Of a stretch of DNA of 57,282 nt, positions 54,556 to 57,282 are shown in pieces. The DNA comes from a virus (Duplodnaviria; Caudoviricetes). The position numbers and the translations under genes were made by a program. The notes under the pieces were generated by a model that made no database searches, was not told where the DNA came from, and saw only the letters and a program-made list of their open reading frames with translations. The stretch is taken from IMG/VR virus record IMGVR_UViG_3300022929_000029, positions 1 through 57,282 of that record; one strand, given 5' to 3'. Within the stretch, counting starts at the first letter, position 1. Each line of letters opens with the position of its first letter.

Positions 54556-56209
54556 GCCATCAGATATAGAAGTCAGACGTGAGGCATGTGATTGTGGATC
54601 GTCTGACGGTAGGGTTGTGTTCCAAGATGGACACAAGCATTGTTTCGTATGTGATAAACATTGGAAGGCTAACAGCATGGAATCAACAGCACAACAACAG
54701 ATCATACCAGTTCAGAAGAACTATGTACCTGTTACAGATAAGGGTGTGTTCGCACCTATTGCTGACCGCCGTATCAAGAAAGAAACGTGTGAGTTCTTTG
54801 GTGTCAAGGTAACTCTTGGTGCCAATGGAAATGTCATGGCACACCACTACCCATATTACGACAATGACAAGAGTATTGTCGCTAACAAAACAAGAACAGT
54901 CGAGAACAAAACATTTCGTTGTGAAGGTAACGTAACTAACGCAGCCTTGTTTGGACAGCAAAAGTTTAACAAGGGTGGTAAGTACATTACAATCTGTGAA
55001 GGTGAGGTAGATGCTATGTCTGCCTACGAACTGCTTGGTTCTAAGTGGCCTGTTGTATCTGTTAAGACAGGCGCACAAGGTTCTGTTCGTGATGTAAAAT
55101 CACAGTATGATTTCCTAAACTCTTTTGAAACTATTGTGATCTGTTTCGATAATGATGCTCCAGGAATTGAAGCTGCAAATAAGATTGCACAAATCTTTGA
55201 GCCTATGAAATGTAAGATCATGGACATGAAACTCAAAGATGCTAACGAATACCTGAAGCAGAACCAACGTGAAGAGTTTACTCGTGGCTGGTGGGCAGCA
55301 TCACCTTACACACCTGCAGGTATCATTCGTTTGTGTGATCATATTGATTCACTATTTGAAGAAGATGATAATGAAACTGTACTATATCCATTTGCTGGTC
55401 TAAATGAAAAGCTATATGGAATGCGTACAGGTGAACTCGTTACCATCACTGCAGGTACAGGAGCCGGAAAGACTAGCATGATGTACGAACTAGAGTATCA
55501 CATGCTAAAGAATACAGATGCAAACATTGGCATCATTCACTTGGAAGAAAACAAAAAGCAGACTATGTTCCATCTGATGTCCATCCCTGCTAACGATAGG
55601 CTCTTCATTAAAGAAGAACGTAAGAAGTATACAAGGGATCAGCTTCAGCCATACATTGAGGATACAATCCAGAACCCACGACTAATATCCTTCAACCACT
55701 TTGGATCTATCACAACTGATGAGATCCTGTCTCGTGTACGTTACATGGTCAAAGCTATGGACTGTAAGTTCATTGTCATTGATCACCTATCTATCTTGGT
55801 GTCAGGATTGGACGATGGTGATGAGCGTAGGAACATTGACATGCTGATGACTAAGCTACGTTCACTTGTAGAAGAGACACAGTGTGGTATGCTTCTGGTG
55901 TCACACCTACGGCGTGGCTCTGGTGATCAGGGAACAGAACAAGGTAAAGAAATATCCTTGTCTATGCTTCGTGGATCACATAGCATTGCACAGCTTTCAG
56001 ATGCTGTCATAGGGCTTGAACGTGACCAACAGGCTGATGACCCTGTAGCAGCCAATACAACCACTGTACGTGTCCTGAAGAACCGTTATGCAGGTGATAC
56101 AGGTGTAGCTACATACCTTCTTTACGACAAGACTACAGGACGTATGGCAGAGATTGATAATCCCTTCGATGCCAAAGCAAATGAACCAGACATTGGAGAT
56201 TATATATAA
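54539..56209 (+). CDS. T7 gp4-like primase-helicase
   Basis: Zn finger CDCGSSD...HCFVC, TOPRIM EGEVD/FDND, Walker A GTGAGKT, IDHL, LRGS and KNRY.G.TG. Confidence 0.93.
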   Translation: MMTDRKPSDIEVRREACDCGSSDGRVVFQDGHKHCFVCDKHWKANSMESTAQQQIIPVQKNYVPVTDKGVFAPIADRRIKKETCEFFGVKVTLGANGNVMAHHYPYYDNDKSIVANKTRTVENKTFRCEGNVTNAALFGQQKFNKGGKYITICEGEVDAMSAYELLGSKWPVVSVKTGAQGSVRDVKSQYDFLNSFETIVICFDNDAPGIEAANKIAQIFEPMKCKIMDMKLKDANEYLKQNQREEFTRGWWAASPYTPAGIIRLCDHIDSLFEEDDNETVLYPFAGLNEKLYGMRTGELVTITAGTGAGKTSMMYELEYHMLKNTDANIGIIHLEENKKQTMFHLMSIPANDRLFIKEERKKYTRDQLQPYIEDTIQNPRLISFNHFGSITTDEILSRVRYMVKAMDCKFIVIDHLSILVSGLDDGDERRNIDMLMTKLRSLVEETQCGMLLVSHLRRGSGDQGTEQGKEISLSMLRGSHSIAQLSDAVIGLERDQQADDPVAANTTTVRVLKNRYAGDTGVATYLLYDKTTGRMAEIDNPFDAKANEPDIGDYI

Positions 56210-56679
56210 TGTTACAGCCGATCAAAGGTGCAGTGAACATACCGTTCTCAAAGCACAGATATCAACTCGCAGATCAGTCAGCTAAAGATGTGATCATGGA
56301 CTATCTAATTAAGAATGGTCATACAATTACTGATAGTGAAGAAGATTTTTCTGTTGACATTAAATCAGAAAAGAATTATAATTCGTACTTCAGTGAGGTT
56401 GAAGTTAAGTTCTCATGGAGTGGTGACTGGAACCCAAACTGGAAAGAGATACGAATACCTTATCGTAAACACAAGCTAATCAATAAGGTTAAATCAATTG
56501 GAAAAGATAACTCCTTCTTTAACTTTTACATTCTTCGTTCTGACCTCAAGGCTGCATGGCGTATCAAAGATGACGTAGTTGCAGCGTCAGAAGTTAAAGA
56601 AGCTAAAGGAAGATACATTAAAAAAGGCGAACACTTTTTTCACATCCCTTATGAGAAAGCGATATTGATAGAACTATGA
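56209..56679 (+). CDS. Putative PD-(D/E)XK nuclease-fold protein
   Basis: VDI........EVEVK motif; located between primase and polymerase. Confidence 0.5.
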   Translation: MLQPIKGAVNIPFSKHRYQLADQSAKDVIMDYLIKNGHTITDSEEDFSVDIKSEKNYNSYFSEVEVKFSWSGDWNPNWKEIRIPYRKHKLINKVKSIGKDNSFFNFYILRSDLKAAWRIKDDVVAASEVKEAKGRYIKKGEHFFHIPYEKAILIEL

Positions 56680-57282
56680 AACGTATAGCACTTGACATTG
56701 AAACAGATGGTATTGACGCAAAGGTAGTACACTGTGTATGTGGTCAAGATGTAGATACAGGAGAAAGGTTTGAGTGGCATGAAAATAACAATGGCTTTGA
56801 CAGCCTGCCTAGATTACTATCTACATATGATGTTATTGTTATGCACAATGGCGTATCATTTGATGCACCAGTATTAAACAAACTACTAGACGCAAAGATA
56901 CCTCTGTCTAAGATACGTGATACTCTAATACTATCACAGATTGTAGACCCTTCCCTAGAGAATGGACATAGCTTGAAAGCTTGGGGTCAAAGACTAGGGG
57001 AATACAAAATGGATTACTCTGACTTTTCTCAGTTTAGCATGGAGATGTTAGAGTATTGCAGACAGGATGTTGAAGTAACTATTAAGTTATACAAACACCT
57101 GTTGCCTAAACTACAGAAGTTCTCTGCTAGGTCTATCAAACTAGAGCATGACATACGTGCCATCATAGACCGACAAGAGAAGAATGGATTCAGCCTTGAT
57201 ATACCAAAGGCTTCTATCCTTGTAGCTAAACTTGCAGAAGAAGCTGCGGATATCGAACAAGAGATGCAGGAAATCTTCCCGC
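56676..57282 (+). CDS. polA: DNA polymerase family A, N-terminal 3'-5' exonuclease part (runs off the end, continues at position 1)
   Basis: MKRIALDIETDG (Exo I), HNGVSFD (Exo II), YCRQDV (Exo III). Confidence 0.93.
   Translation, partial: MKRIALDIETDGIDAKVVHCVCGQDVDTGERFEWHENNNGFDSLPRLLSTYDVIVMHNGVSFDAPVLNKLLDAKIPLSKIRDTLILSQIVDPSLENGHSLKAWGQRLGEYKMDYSDFSQFSMEMLEYCRQDVEVTIKLYKHLLPKLQKFSARSIKLEHDIRAIIDRQEKNGFSLDIPKASILVAKLAEEAADIEQEMQEIFP
57134..57282. repeat. Terminal overlap, right copy
   Basis: Matches 1-149. Confidence 0.95.

Noticed and set aside
1-57282. tRNA genes, integrase, phage RNA polymerase
   Set aside because: None recognised by eye; a tRNAscan/HMM run would be needed to exclude divergent examples.

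Overview
The window is an essentially complete, circularly permuted genome (about 57.1 kb, with a terminal overlap) of a tailed dsDNA phage of the podovirus type. The host is probably a marine alphaproteobacterium (inference from the class II RNR and GAAC-N7-GAAC LexA-type boxes). Two transcriptional arms diverge from a ~1 kb non-coding control region at 45.3-46.35 kb and converge at ~9.4 kb. The + arm carries small early genes, a C5 DNA methyltransferase, MazG, a T7-like primase-helicase, family A DNA polymerase (split across the window ends), SSB, nucleases, NrdJ, two glycosyltransferase genes and TerS. The - arm carries TerL, portal, GroES, scaffold, major capsid, adaptors, a cluster of basic proteins, tail fibres, nozzle, internal proteins and lysis genes. 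I recognised no RNA polymerase, integrase, repressor, tRNA, CRISPR array or reverse transcriptase. Main observations: (1) a candidate virion-glycosylation system, i.e. a glycosyltransferase plus a GT/methyltransferase/Maf-like triple fusion, together with a [TV]-S-[AVI] motif concentrated in exterior tail and neck proteins; (2) two portal-adjacent genes with shared N- and C-terminal tags around unrelated cores, whose ERNPY tag matches the portal N-terminus, plus an xxGGx[VIM] motif shared by about nine head-associated proteins; (3) host LexA-type boxes in the control region of a phage with no visible repressor; (4) an unannotated ArfA-like peptide facing an antisense promoter; (5) a one-base frameshift splitting the long tail fibre. 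All family assignments come from motif recognition by eye, not database searches.
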